DNA of 64,000 nucleotides from Eledone cirrhosa (GCA_964016885.1 OZ024751.1:12276001-12340000), one strand, 5' to 3'. Positions 13,191 through 26,796 are shown, counted from the first letter of the stretch. The notes: generated by a model from the letters alone, not told the origin. Numbers and translations are program-made.

Positions 13191-14070
13191 ATCTTACCAG
13201 TCATGTTCAAGCATATGTATCATCAAAGATTTCCCTCCCATGAAATTATGTCCTTTTATCAAGAGATAAGGTAAAACTTCGAAATGTACCTTCCCTCATA
13301 TAACAACGTTAAGCTGAGATTTTGAAAACAAATTAACTGCTGCTTCTAACGGGCCTGTTGACATGGCGATAATCCTCACATGTTTGCTTGGAATCGTTTA
13401 AGTTAAAAGATTACTTTGCATTGTGAAAGCAAATGAAGACGTGTCACACCAACATGGTGCAACCGGAACTAGATAGTATTATTTGATACATGATATGGTC
13501 GAACATACACGGGTATGACGGAACTGGACAACGTTAAAATAAAGTATGTGTGCGACAGACAGAGAGAGAGAGAAAAAAAAGGAGGGGAGTGGGATAGAAG
13601 AATGAGATAGGTGGGCTGCAGAGTGTCAATAAAGGGGCCAGAGAAGAACAAATGCAATATCTCAAAGCTACAATTTACATGGGGCTGACAACGATGAAAG
13701 GACACGAACTGGGAACCCCTGGGTTTTAATACCATATACTGCATCTCACTTCCCTAATGAGAATTGTCCAACGAGAATATAGAAAGGACAAAAGTTATAT
13801 GTATATATATAGGTAGGTGTACCAGTGATAGTATGCGGGTAAAGAGTCAAATGAATAAAAGACCCGCATTGTAAAATGTCTGCCATAATTTCGACCTCCT
13901 ATGTGGTAGGAAAGGTTGTACGTGTCACGGCCATAGTGTCATTATATTTTCTCAAATAATGACTTTAATCTCCAGGCTATCTGTAATATATGTGCTGATA
14001 ATATAGTGTTACTCTTTCTACCTGTTATATTATATTTTATTATATTTCTTTATTTTTCACCTATTATTTA

Positions 14071-14142
<72 letters not shown>

Positions 14143-14220
14143 AAGTTTTATTTAAATTGTTGGGTTAACAACGAGTAAATATTTATAACTGATATAAAAG
14201 CACTCAACAAGTATTTGGAG

Positions 14221-14418
14221 TATATTTACGATATTAAATAAATGGAAACTATATTTATAAAACCATATTTATTTCATTATATATATTTCAGGGATATCAT
14301 ATTAAAAATGTTATGCCTTCTAGAGAAGGCATAACATGTTTTTAATATGATATCCCTGAAATATATATAATGAAATAAATATGGTTTTATAAATATAGTT
14401 TCCATTTATTTAATATCG

Positions 14419-14426
<8 letters not shown>
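14221..14426. repeat. ~205-bp near-perfect AT-rich palindrome
   Basis: Arms 14221-14321 and 14324-14426 differ by a 2-bp indel; the right arm contains GAAA-TATATA-TA followed by AATAAA. Confidence 0.9.
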
Positions 14427-14683
<257 letters not shown>

Positions 14684-14733
14684 AATATATGTGTATATGT
14701 GACTGACTATATGTGTATATATATATGTATATG

Positions 14734-14785
<52 letters not shown>

Positions 14786-14795
14786 CGTGTGAGTG

Positions 14796-14856
<61 letters not shown>

Positions 14857-15045
14857 CGTTTTTTAATTTGTTTTGCAAGATTCTTAGCTGAAAAGGTGAG
14901 TTGAAACAGATATTGTTATAATTTGGGAGTGTCATGCTGCCAATAAAAACACACGCACCTATAAATGTTCACTTCAATTTATTATAAATTTCCGGTTGGT
15001 TGGCTGGTTGGTTGGTTTGATAACCGGATGGATTATTTATATATT

Positions 15046-15088
15046 ATCAAAGCTCTTTCGTCACACATTCTGTGACCTTCTCAGTGAC
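15046..15088 (-). ncRNA. Minimal hammerhead in the PLE pLTR (core altered)
   Basis: GTCA-CTGAGAAG-GTCACA gaatg TGTGAC-GAAA-GAGC-TT-TGAT. Confidence 0.6.
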
Positions 15089-15319
15089 TAGGTTTTTATT
15101 TTGAGTGTTTCTCCTTTGTTCTGTCCTACATCTTTTTTTGTGTGGGCTTAGTTTGCGCATGCGTTACATCTGTGTGTGTGTGTGTGTGTGCGTTTATTTA
15201 TTTGTGACTAGTTGGTTGTTTGTGCTATCTGTGTGTGTGTGCTTTGTTTTGTTAGTTTGGTTTTTGTGTGTGCCTGTATGTCTTCATTTTGTCCTTAATT
15301 ACTAGTTGTGATGTTACTA

Positions 15320-16120
15320 TCCCTCTCATGTTTTCTGTTTAATTTTGGTTGGATTTCGTTTATATTTGTTGTCTCTGTGATTTATCTGAGCATTGCATCT
15401 TTTCTGTGTGTGGATATAATTGTTATCTCCATGTTCTCTAATGTTCCCCAATGTTCTATTTGGCATGTTGGTGGAGTATTGATGAGTTTTTCCTATCCTG
15501 GAGATCTTGCCAGTGTTCACTTATCCTATGCTACGGGCTGTTTCCTATGTATGTTATATTCTTATTCCTACACTGTTCCTCTGTACATCTTATGCTATAT
15601 ACTACGTTCCTAGTTTTGCACTTAATTTTGGCAGTTCCTAGTTTTGCAGTTAATTTTAGCTTGCAGACTATGCATTTCGTATCAGCACATGGTGATCTTT
15701 GAAATGGGTATGTTTTACTGATTAGGGTTTTATGCGAATACCTGGTCTTTCAACTACCTTGATATTTAATTTGAGCTTGTCTAGGGCTCTTCTAAATCTA
15801 TAAGCTAGTTCGACTCTAGGGGTTGTATGGACGAACATTACACTCTGGTATTTATTGCTATCATAGCATCTGGTTATTTTATTTGCCTTATTCTTAATTC
15901 TTTATACTCTGTTTCAGAATTTGCTCCTATACATGGGGCAAGTTCCATTTGCATCATTTTCTAAAAACTTTGCCCATTTAGTTCTAGCTCCTTTATATAC
16001 CCTGATCTTGTCTCTCTGATTATAGCTATAGAACTGCATGCGGTGGATGATGTGTTGTATGTGTCTCTCTAAATCTTTGGCGTTGTACACACGGGACACA
16101 TTCCTCATCACACTTACTAA
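15320..16120 (-). pseudogene. Disrupted PLE ORF C-terminus: Cys-rich linker and GIY-YIG endonuclease
   Basis: VVY near 15600 and YIG at 15543-15551; stops and frameshifts present. Confidence 0.85.
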
Positions 16121-16346
16121 ATCCGCAATAATGATAAGGAACGGATCCCACATGCGCAACCCCATACAAATCAGCATACTGATTGCGGACTTAGTAAGAA
16201 TGACGAGGATCGTCTCCGGCGGTTTCGACAGTGAGATGCGAACTCGACTAGCTGTCGAAACGACCGGAATCTAGTCTACTACCCCAAGTATCGAGTACTC
16301 TGGCGCGTTATGGTCCACCTGGTATCTTACCACATCTTCTTTGTTA
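16102..16346 (+). mobile_element. Hairpin-rich segment plus the conserved tail of the 742-1026 family
   Basis: Imperfect inverted repeats at 16102-16209 and 16216-16267, then the tail TCTACTACCCCAAGTATCGAGTACTCTGG...CTTTGTTA(TA)n. Confidence 0.7.
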
Positions 16347-16625
16347 TATATATATATAGCGTTTTTAAGGTATTGTTTTCAAGAGACTACTTAAAAAACG
16401 TCATTTGTTTACAAGGTACGTACACTGAGATAAGCACTACATTGTATGTGATAAACACTGTGATAAGCACTACACTGTAGAAGCACTACATTGTATGTGA
16501 TAAACAATGATTAATATTTAATATCATTATAAAGCTTTTAAAAAGTATGTATTCAATGATAATGAACATTTAAAATTTAGTATTTTTATAAACTCTGAAA
16601 CTTGTTCTGTATTTATTATTTAATA

Positions 16626-16998
<373 letters not shown>

Positions 16999-17096
16999 AA
17001 TATATATATATATACATATATATATGCATACATACATACATATATATATATACAGTATATATATATATATATATATACAGTATATACATATAGAGT

Positions 17097-17308
17097 GAAG
17101 GCGTGTGGCTGAGTGGTTAGAGAATTGGATTCGCAATCGTAAGGTTGTGAGTTCGATTCCTGGACCAGGCGATGCGTTACGTCCTTGAGCAAGACACTTT
17201 ATTTCACGTTGCTCCTTCTACCTGGAGTTGCGACCGATAGATAGTATTGGCAATTGGAAAGACCAACGGAAACATTGTTCCCTCGGTCGGATTTGACGAA
17301 AGTCTATC
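17097..17308 (+). mobile_element. tRNA-derived SINE (family 2, V-domain-like core)
   Basis: A-box TGGCTGAGTGG, B-box GTTCGATTCC and GTCCTTGAGCAAGACACTT core; second copy at 56441-56652. Confidence 0.85.
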
Positions 17309-17490
17309 ATTCCTTAATATATATATATAGAGAGAGAGAGAGCATTAGTCGTGATCTATAAAATAAAACAAAGAACTTATACACAAGCACAAATACACTA
17401 ATCCTTTCACACACAGCCTTATGTGTATATATATATATATATATACACACACATGAGAGCACAAATACACTAATCCTTTTATACACAGCC

Positions 17491-17526
<36 letters not shown>

Positions 17527-17743
17527 GTAAATTGAAATTCAGGTTTTGTATATGTGTGTATATATATATATATAATTGTAAATCGATACTTATTTTAATA
17601 AATATATATATATACACACATGAGAGCTGGGTAAGTTTTCTTTAAAATACATTGTATGGGTGCAATAAGAGAGCAATGTTGGGAGACCACAGTTTTGTTA
17701 CCGTATTATTATATGTATGTATATTATTATTATTATTATTATA

Positions 17744-18218
17744 GTTGCATTTATCTTGCTTTATGTTCATACGAGTTATCACCAAGTCACAACCAGTGAC
17801 CTCAAGAGACAACAAGGTCCGCCATGTTCAAGAAAGAACATACATACACACATGCATCTTTAGGTGTTTAGACTTCTGATGTACTTATATTGACAGAATC
17901 TTCCTTAGAATATGGGAAGTTCCCATTAGTACTATCTTTTGTATTTCTCCTATACGCGGGTTTCCTGGGATTTGCGATAAATAATCATTAGACCCCTTAG
18001 GTATCATTCCTAGAGCGCCTACAACCACTGGTAAGGTTTTAGTTCTCAATTTCCACATTTTTCCAATTTCTATCTCCTGGTCCTTATACTTGCTCAATTT
18101 TTCAAATGTTTTATAGATACATTCTTGTCTATTGGAACGGAATATCAATTAGCAGGCATACCCTCTTTTTAAAGTCCTTCAGTATTATATCAGGTCTATT
18201 TGCATCTATTTTTCGGTC
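17744..18218 (-). mobile_element. 3' fragment of an R4/Dong-type non-LTR retrotransposon (restriction-like endonuclease)
   Basis: ANRPDIILKD...LLIDI...KLSKYKD...PVVVGALG...IQKIVLMGTSHILRK (stop at 17885); its 3' end runs into (TAA)n. Confidence 0.85.
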
Positions 18219-18752
18219 CATCGTGAGGATTGCCCCGCCCTCTTCCTTTAGCCGCGAAGGGCAGGCAGTTTTTATCTGTCTGGTGGCCATGGCGAAAGAG
18301 ATAGTATAGTGGACACGTTTGAAAGGGCTGAAGACGAGCACTTACCTCTTTGGTGATGCCCTAATTAACTTTTTCAAATTTCATTAGAAAAGGAAAATCA
18401 GGACAGAGAGGGAAGTGCTCTCTTCCCAGCATTTTGTTGAAAGATGGGTGAGAGAGGCAAGAATGGCCCGAGTGAATGGGCCTACTCTGAGTATGTCTGT
18501 AAGTTAAAGGTGGAAAACTGGGAGAGGGCACTTGCCCTGGTGGTAAGGGTCATTGTGGCTTTTAATGGGCTTTCTCCACGAATGTTCCTCGGAAATCTCC
18601 CCCGTATTGGGGAATTTTTTATTGTTATTTTTTTTGTTACATACTCTGTTTTTGATTTTTACACGAGAAATGCCCATTTGTACCGTCCTGTGTTGTCCTG
18701 TACTGTCCTGAATGTCTAATTTATGTAAACCCTTGTGGTTAATAAAGAAAGC
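18216..18752 (+). mobile_element. 5'-truncated Tx1/L1-clade LINE 3' end (divergent subfamily)
   Basis: Aligns by eye with 23697-24262; ends AATAAAGAAAGC(TTA)n. Confidence 0.85.
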
Positions 18753-18978
18753 TTTATTATTATTATTATTATTGGTCTAAGCAGACGTATTTTGCTCGCT
18801 CACAGTAAGTCGCTTTATTTGCCTGTTAAAATTATTTGTTGTTAAATATTTCTTGTAGTGTAAGGGATATAAGCCCTTAGACTTTGCCCCGTGAAGGGGA
18901 AAGTATAATATTTGGGCCTTTTGGCACAAATATTTGAACTTTTTTTACATGTTAAAAAATTTACGAAGAAAAAAAAAC

Positions 18979-20556
18979 ATGGCTGTGCCACGCCCCCCAG
19001 CGAGATGTCTGCTGTCGTGCGACAACGACGTAGAAGTTGAGAGGAGCGCTACAGCGAAATTAACACACATTGATAACACAAACACCACCACAAACAATGT
19101 AAACAAAGACACCAATGATACCAATGAGAACTCTAATTTTGAAAAAAATGACAGTAACAGCGACAATGAAAATACAGATAACAAAAATAATAACAAATGC
19201 AACAAAAATATCAACACCACTAACATGAAAACAAATAGCGACAACACCAACAATACCAACTGCACCGAGAACAACGGTGGCAACAAACACAACAATGATA
19301 ACAGCGACAGTGATAACAACAACACCAACAAGAACAACGACAACCAGCAAGGTCATAATGTACCCCTCCCACATGGGAAAAAGAACGGCCTGTTTCCGCA
19401 TTCCCAGAATCCCACCAGGACTTGACATGTGGTGGCTTCTGGGATGTGTGATTGTGGAGGGGATGGATATCGTCCCTATAGAAGTGACCAGAACGGCCAG
19501 AGACGACTGGTCCGGGGTTGACCTGGAGATCCTTATCCAGATCAGGCCCGAGAATGTGAAGACAATCCGGACCACATCCGCCTTCAGAATGGGACGGTCA
19601 TTCACATTTTGACCGAAGGCTGCAGTGTTTGTTTGTGGGGAAAAAACCCATTTGCGAGCCTTCTGCCTTGAACTGATGAAAGAGGTAAGGGGTCGAAAGG
19701 TTCCACTGCTGCCGACGCCGGGGCGAGGACTACAACCAGCACCAGCACCGGCAAAACCACCAACAACAACACCAATAGAAAGACCAACATCAACATTGAC
19801 CACCCAGGGAGGAAACGAGGAGAGCTATCAAATTCCCCCTCCCCCCAAAAATACACACACCAATAAAACCATAAACATACATACAGACACACTTACAGAC
19901 ACAGACCTCTCATCTACCAGTAGTGAAGATGAGGGAAAACCAAAATCCCCCAAAATACAAAAAAGGAAACACAAAAAGAAAAAAAAAACCAACAAAGCAC
20001 AAAATCACCCACAATAAAAAACGCAGACACCACCCACGCAAACATCTCTCCAATAACACCAACATTACACCCCCATCACCAGAATCCCCCAAACGCAAAT
20101 AACCTAAACAGATGCAAGGACAAATATACACACAAACATCTGAGACTACAGACACCGCACTCACAACAAACACAGACACAACCGAAACAACACCACCACA
20201 GCCACGCAAACAAATAAAATCACACCAACAAAACATACAAAACTTCGTGCTCATCAGGAGGGCCAACAAGGAACTGATGGCCCTCGTAGTACGAAGTGAA
20301 AATATACAGAAAGGGGGGGGGGGTTAAATCGAGCACATTTCGCGTGGCGGAAGATTTGGTTCTGGTGCGAATGTCGCTCAATATATTCAAAGAAATACGA
20401 GACAGCTTTCCTCGGGACGTGGGAACCCCGAACGTAAAACCCACTTCAAGACTTTTAAAGGGGTTCCCAAAAGAAACCCCACCAACTATGGAGGTCGAAC
20501 AACCCGACCTTCACAGAGCCCGGAAGGTAAGTAAACCTTCCTCTCTCTCTTTTTAA
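18979..20556 (+). pseudogene. LINE ORF1 (disrupted; Asn/Thr-rich, CCHC zinc knuckle)
   Basis: C(F)VCGEKTHLRAFC at ~19625-19667 after restoring a 1-nt deletion; several frameshifts. Confidence 0.65.
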
Positions 20557-20565
20557 CCTGCCAAC

Positions 20566-23500
20566 ATGGCCGTATTAAGAGTAGGATGTTTAAATGTTCG
20601 AGACCTGGGATCGTTCAGGAAGCAGGGTCACCTGCTCAACGACCTCAGGTCTATAGAAATGGATGTAATTGCCGTCAGCGAGACCAGGATTTCCGACATG
20701 CGCGCACTAGCCCCCATTTTCGACGACTATCAGATCTTTGCATCTGTTAGCCGGCCGGGAATGGGAGGCGGGGTGGCAGTGCTGTTTAGGAAAGGCCTGG
20801 ATCTCGAGGTAAGGTCGATCTTCCGGGACCCGGACGGGAAGTTGGTGGTCCTGGACGTGAACAATAACGAAGGTGGTGCCTTTAGACTGGTTGCCGTCTA
20901 ATCTTTTACTGGGGCAGGACGGCCGGACTTCTTTAGACGCCTGGAAGCCTTTCTGGGTACGTCTCGCCCTTTACTGTTAGCGGGGGACTGGAACGGCATC
21001 TTAGACGCACGCTGGGACTGTGTGGGAGTATCCGATAGGAGCGGGGGGTGCAAAAGCCTCAAGAACCTGATCAGCCAGTTCCAACTGTCTGATAGGTACA
21101 GACTAGATTTCCCTAATGCGCCAGTGTGGACCTGGGCTAACCGCATAGTGTCATCTAGATCGTATATAGACAGGATATTCATTAGGAAAATAGACAGAAA
21201 TAGTGTAAGCTGTCCACGTTTTGAAACGGTCGCCTATTCAGATCACAAGTTTGTGATCTGTATGGTCGACCTAGATAAGACGCGTAGGTTAGGACCTGGT
21301 TACTGGAAGCTAAACATGTCATTTCCGGCACGTAAGGCTTACAGGGACCAGGTCAACAATTTAGTTAAGAAAAAGTTGACAGGGGTAGTCGTCAACAATA
21401 GATGGTGGGGGGCTCTCAAAAGAGAGATTAGAGTAATGTCGATAGAGTTTAGCAAAGAAGTAGCGTTAGAGAAAAATAGAAAGGAGGGGAGTTGGTAGAA
21501 AAGTTAGACGAGGCTATTGGTAGTGGCATTGCAACTGACGTGCTAGCGGCGAGAATGGCATTAGACCATTTCTTCAATGCGAAACACAAAGGTTGCCTTG
21601 TCAGAGCTAAAGCGCGTGCTCTGAGAAACGAGGGAACGAAAGCTGTTCGATGGGCCCGCGTGGCAGAGGCGCAGCGTGGTAATAAAACCACGATTCAGTC
21701 TTTGACGGACCGAGACCGGCACGTGTTGAGCGATTCCAAGAGGATGTGTGAGGCCTTTCGCCAACATTTTGCTTGGTTGTTCGGGGGAAGTGGCGGGTCA
21801 GAGATAGTGGCGGACTTCCGTCCCTACCTCGATGGCTTGCCACAACTCTTGACGGCTGACGTTGGGCGCTGCGAAAGTCCAATTACTACAGCCGAGATTC
21901 AGGATGCCCTTGTCGGCTGCATGAGGCGCAAGTCACCCGGTTTGGATGGTCTGCCCTATGAGCTTTACGTAAATATTCCAGACTTATTCTCCAATCTCCT
22001 CGAAGCCCTTTACTGCAACTGGCAGCAAAACGGGAGTATTCCCAGTTCTGTGAGCCGGGGCGTAGTGACGCTGATAAGGAAAGACGAGAACAAGAGGGAC
22101 ACATTAGACAATTTCAGGCCCATAACTCTGCTCAACACAGAGTTTAAGATTTTGGCCAGGGTGTTAGCGAAGAGGTTGGCGTTTGTCGTCGGGGATTTCG
22201 ATGGGGAGGCGCAAACTTGCGCAGTTCCAACCAGGTGGATACACGACAACCTCCACCTAATGCGATACATCATAGAGAGGGTAGGGTGTAAACCTGGCTT
22301 CGGTGGGGATCTGATCAATTTAGATCAATCGAAAGCATTCGATAGGGTCGACCATCGTTACCTGGAGGCTGTCCTCAAGGCGGCTGGCTTCGGCCCCGTC
22401 TTCAGATGCTGGATCGCTGCAATGCACAGCGGCACCTGCTCGATGGTCAAAAGTAATGGCCACCTCTCGGAACCGTTTCAGGTCTCCCGATCGGTCCGTC
22501 AAGGGTGCCCTCCCTCCTCTCTTCTGTACGTATTGACTGTCGAGCCTTTACTGCGGAAGCTGGAGCTGTTGCAGGGCATCCCGCTCGAACCGGGACGCGG
22601 AAAGGCTGTGTCGGCTTATGCGGACGACATCAACGTGATGGTGTCTGACACCTCAGAAATCGAGGTGGTCGGCAACTTATTGGAGGAATATGAAAGTTTG
22701 ACGGGAGCAAAACTTAACCCGGAAAAGTCGGTGGGCTTGCAACTCGGCACCTGGAGAGGCAAGTCCATGCTGTCCAATAGGGTCGTTAGGCGCTGGACGG
22801 ACGGACCGGTAAAGTTGCTAGGGGTTTGGTTCGGGCCAGACCTCCAGGTGGATAAGAATTGGGACGAGGTGACGGGAAGGGTAGCCAGTCTCACCCAGAA
22901 ATGGGCTGGGAGGAAGCTATCACTGAAAGGTCGGGCGGAGGTGGCGAAAGCGTGCATCGCGTCTGTCATCTACTACCGTCTAACCGTCGTCCCTTGCCCC
23001 CGTTCGCGCCTCGCCATCTTGGAGCGGCTCCTCTTCAAATTCTTGTGGAGGGGTCAGGTTCCGCTGGTGAGGCGGTCCATCTGCTGCCAGCACCCTCTAC
23101 GGGGAGGGCTGGGCATGCCGTGGCTAATGATGCGCAGGTACGCGCTAAGGCTGCGGCATCTCCAGATATTCTGCCTAAACGGTGAACAGGTGTGGTCATC
23201 GTTTATCAGACGGGCCTTCCGCAGCTCGTTTCTTTGACTGAGCTGCAGTCCTGGGTCAAGAAGAGACCGAGACTGGGTGACTGGTATCTGGAATGTTGAC
23301 AGGCACTCACTGCCCTCTACCAGGCGGGCAATGCGGTCAGTGGAACTTCCACTCTCGAGTTCTATAGAGGATTAGTGGTGGGCAAGTGCGACGACGCACT
23401 CAGAGAGGCTCTGAGAGTCGACGAAGTCGAACTAATCAGTCTGTACCGGAAGACGTTCGAGCCGGGGACGATGGATAATTTCCAAAAATCCCTCGCTTGG

Positions 23501-23983
23501 CAGTGCTACCGGGGGCACTGCCGGTTCGAGATAAACTCTACAGGCACGGAAGTGCTGTCAGACGGATCTGCCCGAGATGCTCGCAGAGCGACGAAACCGT
23601 TCTGCATGCACTCGTCCAGTGTCCGTGCATTACTAACTTGTGAAGTTATTTTGAACAGCTGTTCTCGCGTGTAGAACGGATCCGGCTATCGGCCGAGTCC
23701 ATAGTGAAGATCGACCCACCGCCTTCTTTTGGCCAGGTAGGGTAGGCAATTTTCCTCTGTCTGGTGGCAGTAGCGAAAGAGGTTGTATGGTGGACGAGGT
23801 TGAAATGACTGAAGACAGACACTTTTCTCTTCGGCCAATTCCTCATCAACTTTTTCAAGTTTCACTTGGAAAGGAAGGTGAGGGGGGAGAGAAGTGCTGC
23901 CCTCCAGTACATTTGCTGAAAAGTGGGTAAATGTGGCGAGAATGGCCCGTGTGAGTGGGCCTACTCTGGTCATGCGGCTGTAG
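20566..23983 (+). pseudogene. LINE ORF2: APE endonuclease, reverse transcriptase and C-terminal Cys motif (disrupted)
   Basis: GCLNVR, VSETR, GGGVAVL, AGDWN, YIDRIF, SDH, KSPGLDGLP, FRPITLLN, DQSKAFDRV, RQGCP, YADD (22617-22628); stop at 20899 and frameshifts near 21490 and 23225. Confidence 0.95.
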
Positions 23984-24264
23984 GTAGGTAAAGTTGAGGA
24001 GGAGAGCGGTGCCCTTCCAGGGTGCTCTCGAAGCGTCGGGTCGTTCAGGACTGGTGGGGTACCTGGCGAACCCTAGGTGGTCATCCCCCCCTATTGGGGA
24101 ATTTTTTCTTGTTGTAATTTTCTTGTTACTTTATTGTTACTTAGTTATTGTTACTTTGTTATTGTTATTCATATTATTTACTCGATTTTTCTGTAAAACC
24201 CACTGTCCCTGTCTTTTGTATTGTCCCCTATATGTCGGCCCTTGTGGCCAATAAATGAAATCAA

Positions 24265-24298
<34 letters not shown>

Positions 24299-24300
<2 letters not shown>

Positions 24301-25172
24301 AATCCCGCCTGGGTCACCTTTGCCTTTCATTCTTCCAAGGTCGATACAATAAAGTATACGTTAATTGCTAGGGTTAATATAATCGACTTTTCCTTTCCTC
24401 ACAAATTTCTGCCCTAAATCAAAAGAAAAAAAAATATTATTCAAATCCCGCCCAGGTTATCTTTATCTTTCACCCTGACTTGGTCGTACCAGTAACAGAC
24501 GGAGGTAGATTTAAATGACTTTACCATTCCCCAAAATTTGTTGGCCTTGTGCCTAAATCAGAAACCATTATTATTATTATTGTGGATTGACAGCGTCGAT
24601 AAAGCGTTGGACATCATTATTCGCGGTATAGATTTACGGCCGTTTATGTTCTGAGTTCAATTCCAGCCGAGGTTAATTTTGCCTTCCATCCTTACGGGGT
24701 TGATAAAATAAAGTACCAGTCAGACAGTGGGGTCGATATAATCGACTTTCCAATTCACAAAAAAAAAAATTGCTGGCCTTTTGGCAGTATTGGTAGAGTC
24801 GGACATCATGCTTTGCAGCATAGAGTTACGGCCCTTTATGGTAGAAGTACGAATCCCGCCGACGTTAACTTTGCCTTTCATCCTTACGGAGTCGATAAAA
24901 TAAAGTACCAGTCACGCACTGGGGTCGATATAATCGACTTACCCTTCCACAAAAAAATTGCTGGTCTTGTGCCTAAATCACAAATCATTTGCCAGTACGT
25001 TAGAGGGTCGGACGCCATGCTTTGACGCATAGAGTTACGGCCCTTGCCATTCTGAGTTCAAAACCCGCCGAGGTTAACTTTGCCTTTCATCTTTACGGGG
25101 TCGATAAAATAAAGTACCAGTAATACACTGGAAATTGCTGGCCTTGTGCCAATAGTAGAAACAATTATTATT
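24299..25172 (+). mobile_element. Head-to-tail cluster of about 5 family-1 SINEs
   Basis: Repeated AAATCCCGCC/CTTTGCCTTTCATCC cores near 24300, 24445, 24655, 24852 and 25055. Confidence 0.85.
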
Positions 25173-25604
25173 ATACATAAATACGTATATACGTACATAT
25201 ATATACATGGTTGTATGTACGTATGTATGTATATATTTACTACTAAATATATTACCTTAAGTGTATGTAGAATCATGCATGCATAGAGAGATTTATAGAG
25301 AATTGGGGAGAGCAATATATACTTACAGAACAATACACCAATACTCGTGTGTATGTGTGTGTGTGTGTGCGTGTGCGTGCGTGCGTGCGTGTGTGTGTGT
25401 GTGTGTGTTTAATCTACATGGATACTTTTATCTAAAACAGGTTAACGCTATCATGCATATACGTACATATTACGTATTCATACACACTTGAAGGCTTACA
25501 CACCCACCAGTCATGCACACGTACACACACTGAAACACACAGACACAGAAATACTCACACACTTATACACACACAGACATGCGCGCGCGCATATATATAT
25601 ATAT

Positions 25605-25635
<31 letters not shown>

Positions 25636-25728
25636 ATTAAAAGCAGAGGGATTGAGGTAAAGAAAGAAAAAAGCGACAGACGAAAGGTGTCTATGGAAGG
25701 ATATATGCATAAATATATATATATACAG

Positions 25729-25763
<35 letters not shown>

Positions 25764-26796
25764 TATAATATATAAGGTTATCCATATAGTAATATATATT
25801 CATACATACATAGAGAGGGTGAGAGGGGGCTGAGCGTTAGAGGGTGTGTGATATCTATGATATTGAGCCATCTACGTTTTATGATTTATTGTTCCATTTA
25901 TATAAACATTAAATATGACAAGTGACAGTCTTAGTCATGATATATAATCTCCACTGCTTTTGATATCATAATCTACATTGACCATTTTAACTCTATAATG
26001 TCGCTAGTTTTCCACGTTAAAACCAGTAAATTACAGAAAATAAAAATCAACATCGATAAGTCACTTAAATGTTTCATTTGATGGGGCGTCCATGTTTTAT
26101 ATATTGATTCAGTTATTTAGTATCTTTTTAAATTTACTATTTCTTTTTTTTTTTTTGTAGTTTGAAAATCTGCTGTGGCACCGGAAAATATTTGTATATA
26201 AATATAGAGATTGGTTAGAATGGGAGAGATGACAAATAAATCCTGATCTTTGTGGTAGGCTAATTAATCTACTTTATATTTTGAAAATGTATGTAGACGT
26301 ATGAAGGGCGGGGGGCAAAATGAAAAATGAATCTAACATTTGTTTGTTTATAGTTGGAAAACGAAAGTGAAAGTGAAAAAAATCAAAAACAAAAACAAAA
26401 ACCAAAACGAAATGCAGAGAAGAAAAAATATAAAATGTGATTTCGTAACGAATTGTTGCAGATGACAGATTCGATAGATAGTTTTGTCGGTCTGACAGCC
26501 AAGTAAGGTCACAGATTCATTCATATACCGTTAGCGACGCTGAAGTGTGTCCATGACCTAGACACTTAACTTTTTCTGCCTCACTGCACCGCGTTGAGCA
26601 TTCGTATCATGTGTGCTACACGTGACCTAGCTATAAATAGCAATCATAAGAGAATCGGTGTGCCTAGTTGTAAATCAATTCTAAGTCGTGGCAGTGAAAC
26701 TGCACCTAGCTGTAAATAATTACCATGTCAGTTAGATTGTACAAAGATGTAAACGAAAACAACAAATAGAAGTCCTACCATTGCCTCAGCAAATCT

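Larger units (their letters stand above)
14910..16120 (-). mobile_element. 5'-truncated Penelope-like retroelement remnant (linker, GIY-YIG, 3' pLTR with hammerhead)
   Basis: My minus-strand translation gives PFQRSPCADTKCIVCK...CKTRNVVYSIRCTEEQCRNKNITYIG/ETARSIG...EHWQD...DAMLR*ITE...PKLNRKHE. The pLTR is shared with 62172-62410. Confidence 0.85.
18774..24262 (+). mobile_element. Near full-length decayed Tx1/L1-clade LINE flanked by (TTA)n
   Basis: 5' UTR, ORF1, ORF2 (APE plus RT) and a 3' UTR ending AATAAATGAAATC. Confidence 0.93.

Noticed and set aside
19670-19710. CTGATGA...GAAA inside LINE ORF1 (similar case at ~33793)
   Set aside because: The stems do not pair and the context is coding.
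26462-26502. Possible 41-nt exon (TTGCAG|ATG...CAA|GTAAGG)
   Set aside because: Weak polypyrimidine tract, no recognisable peptide and no partner exons.
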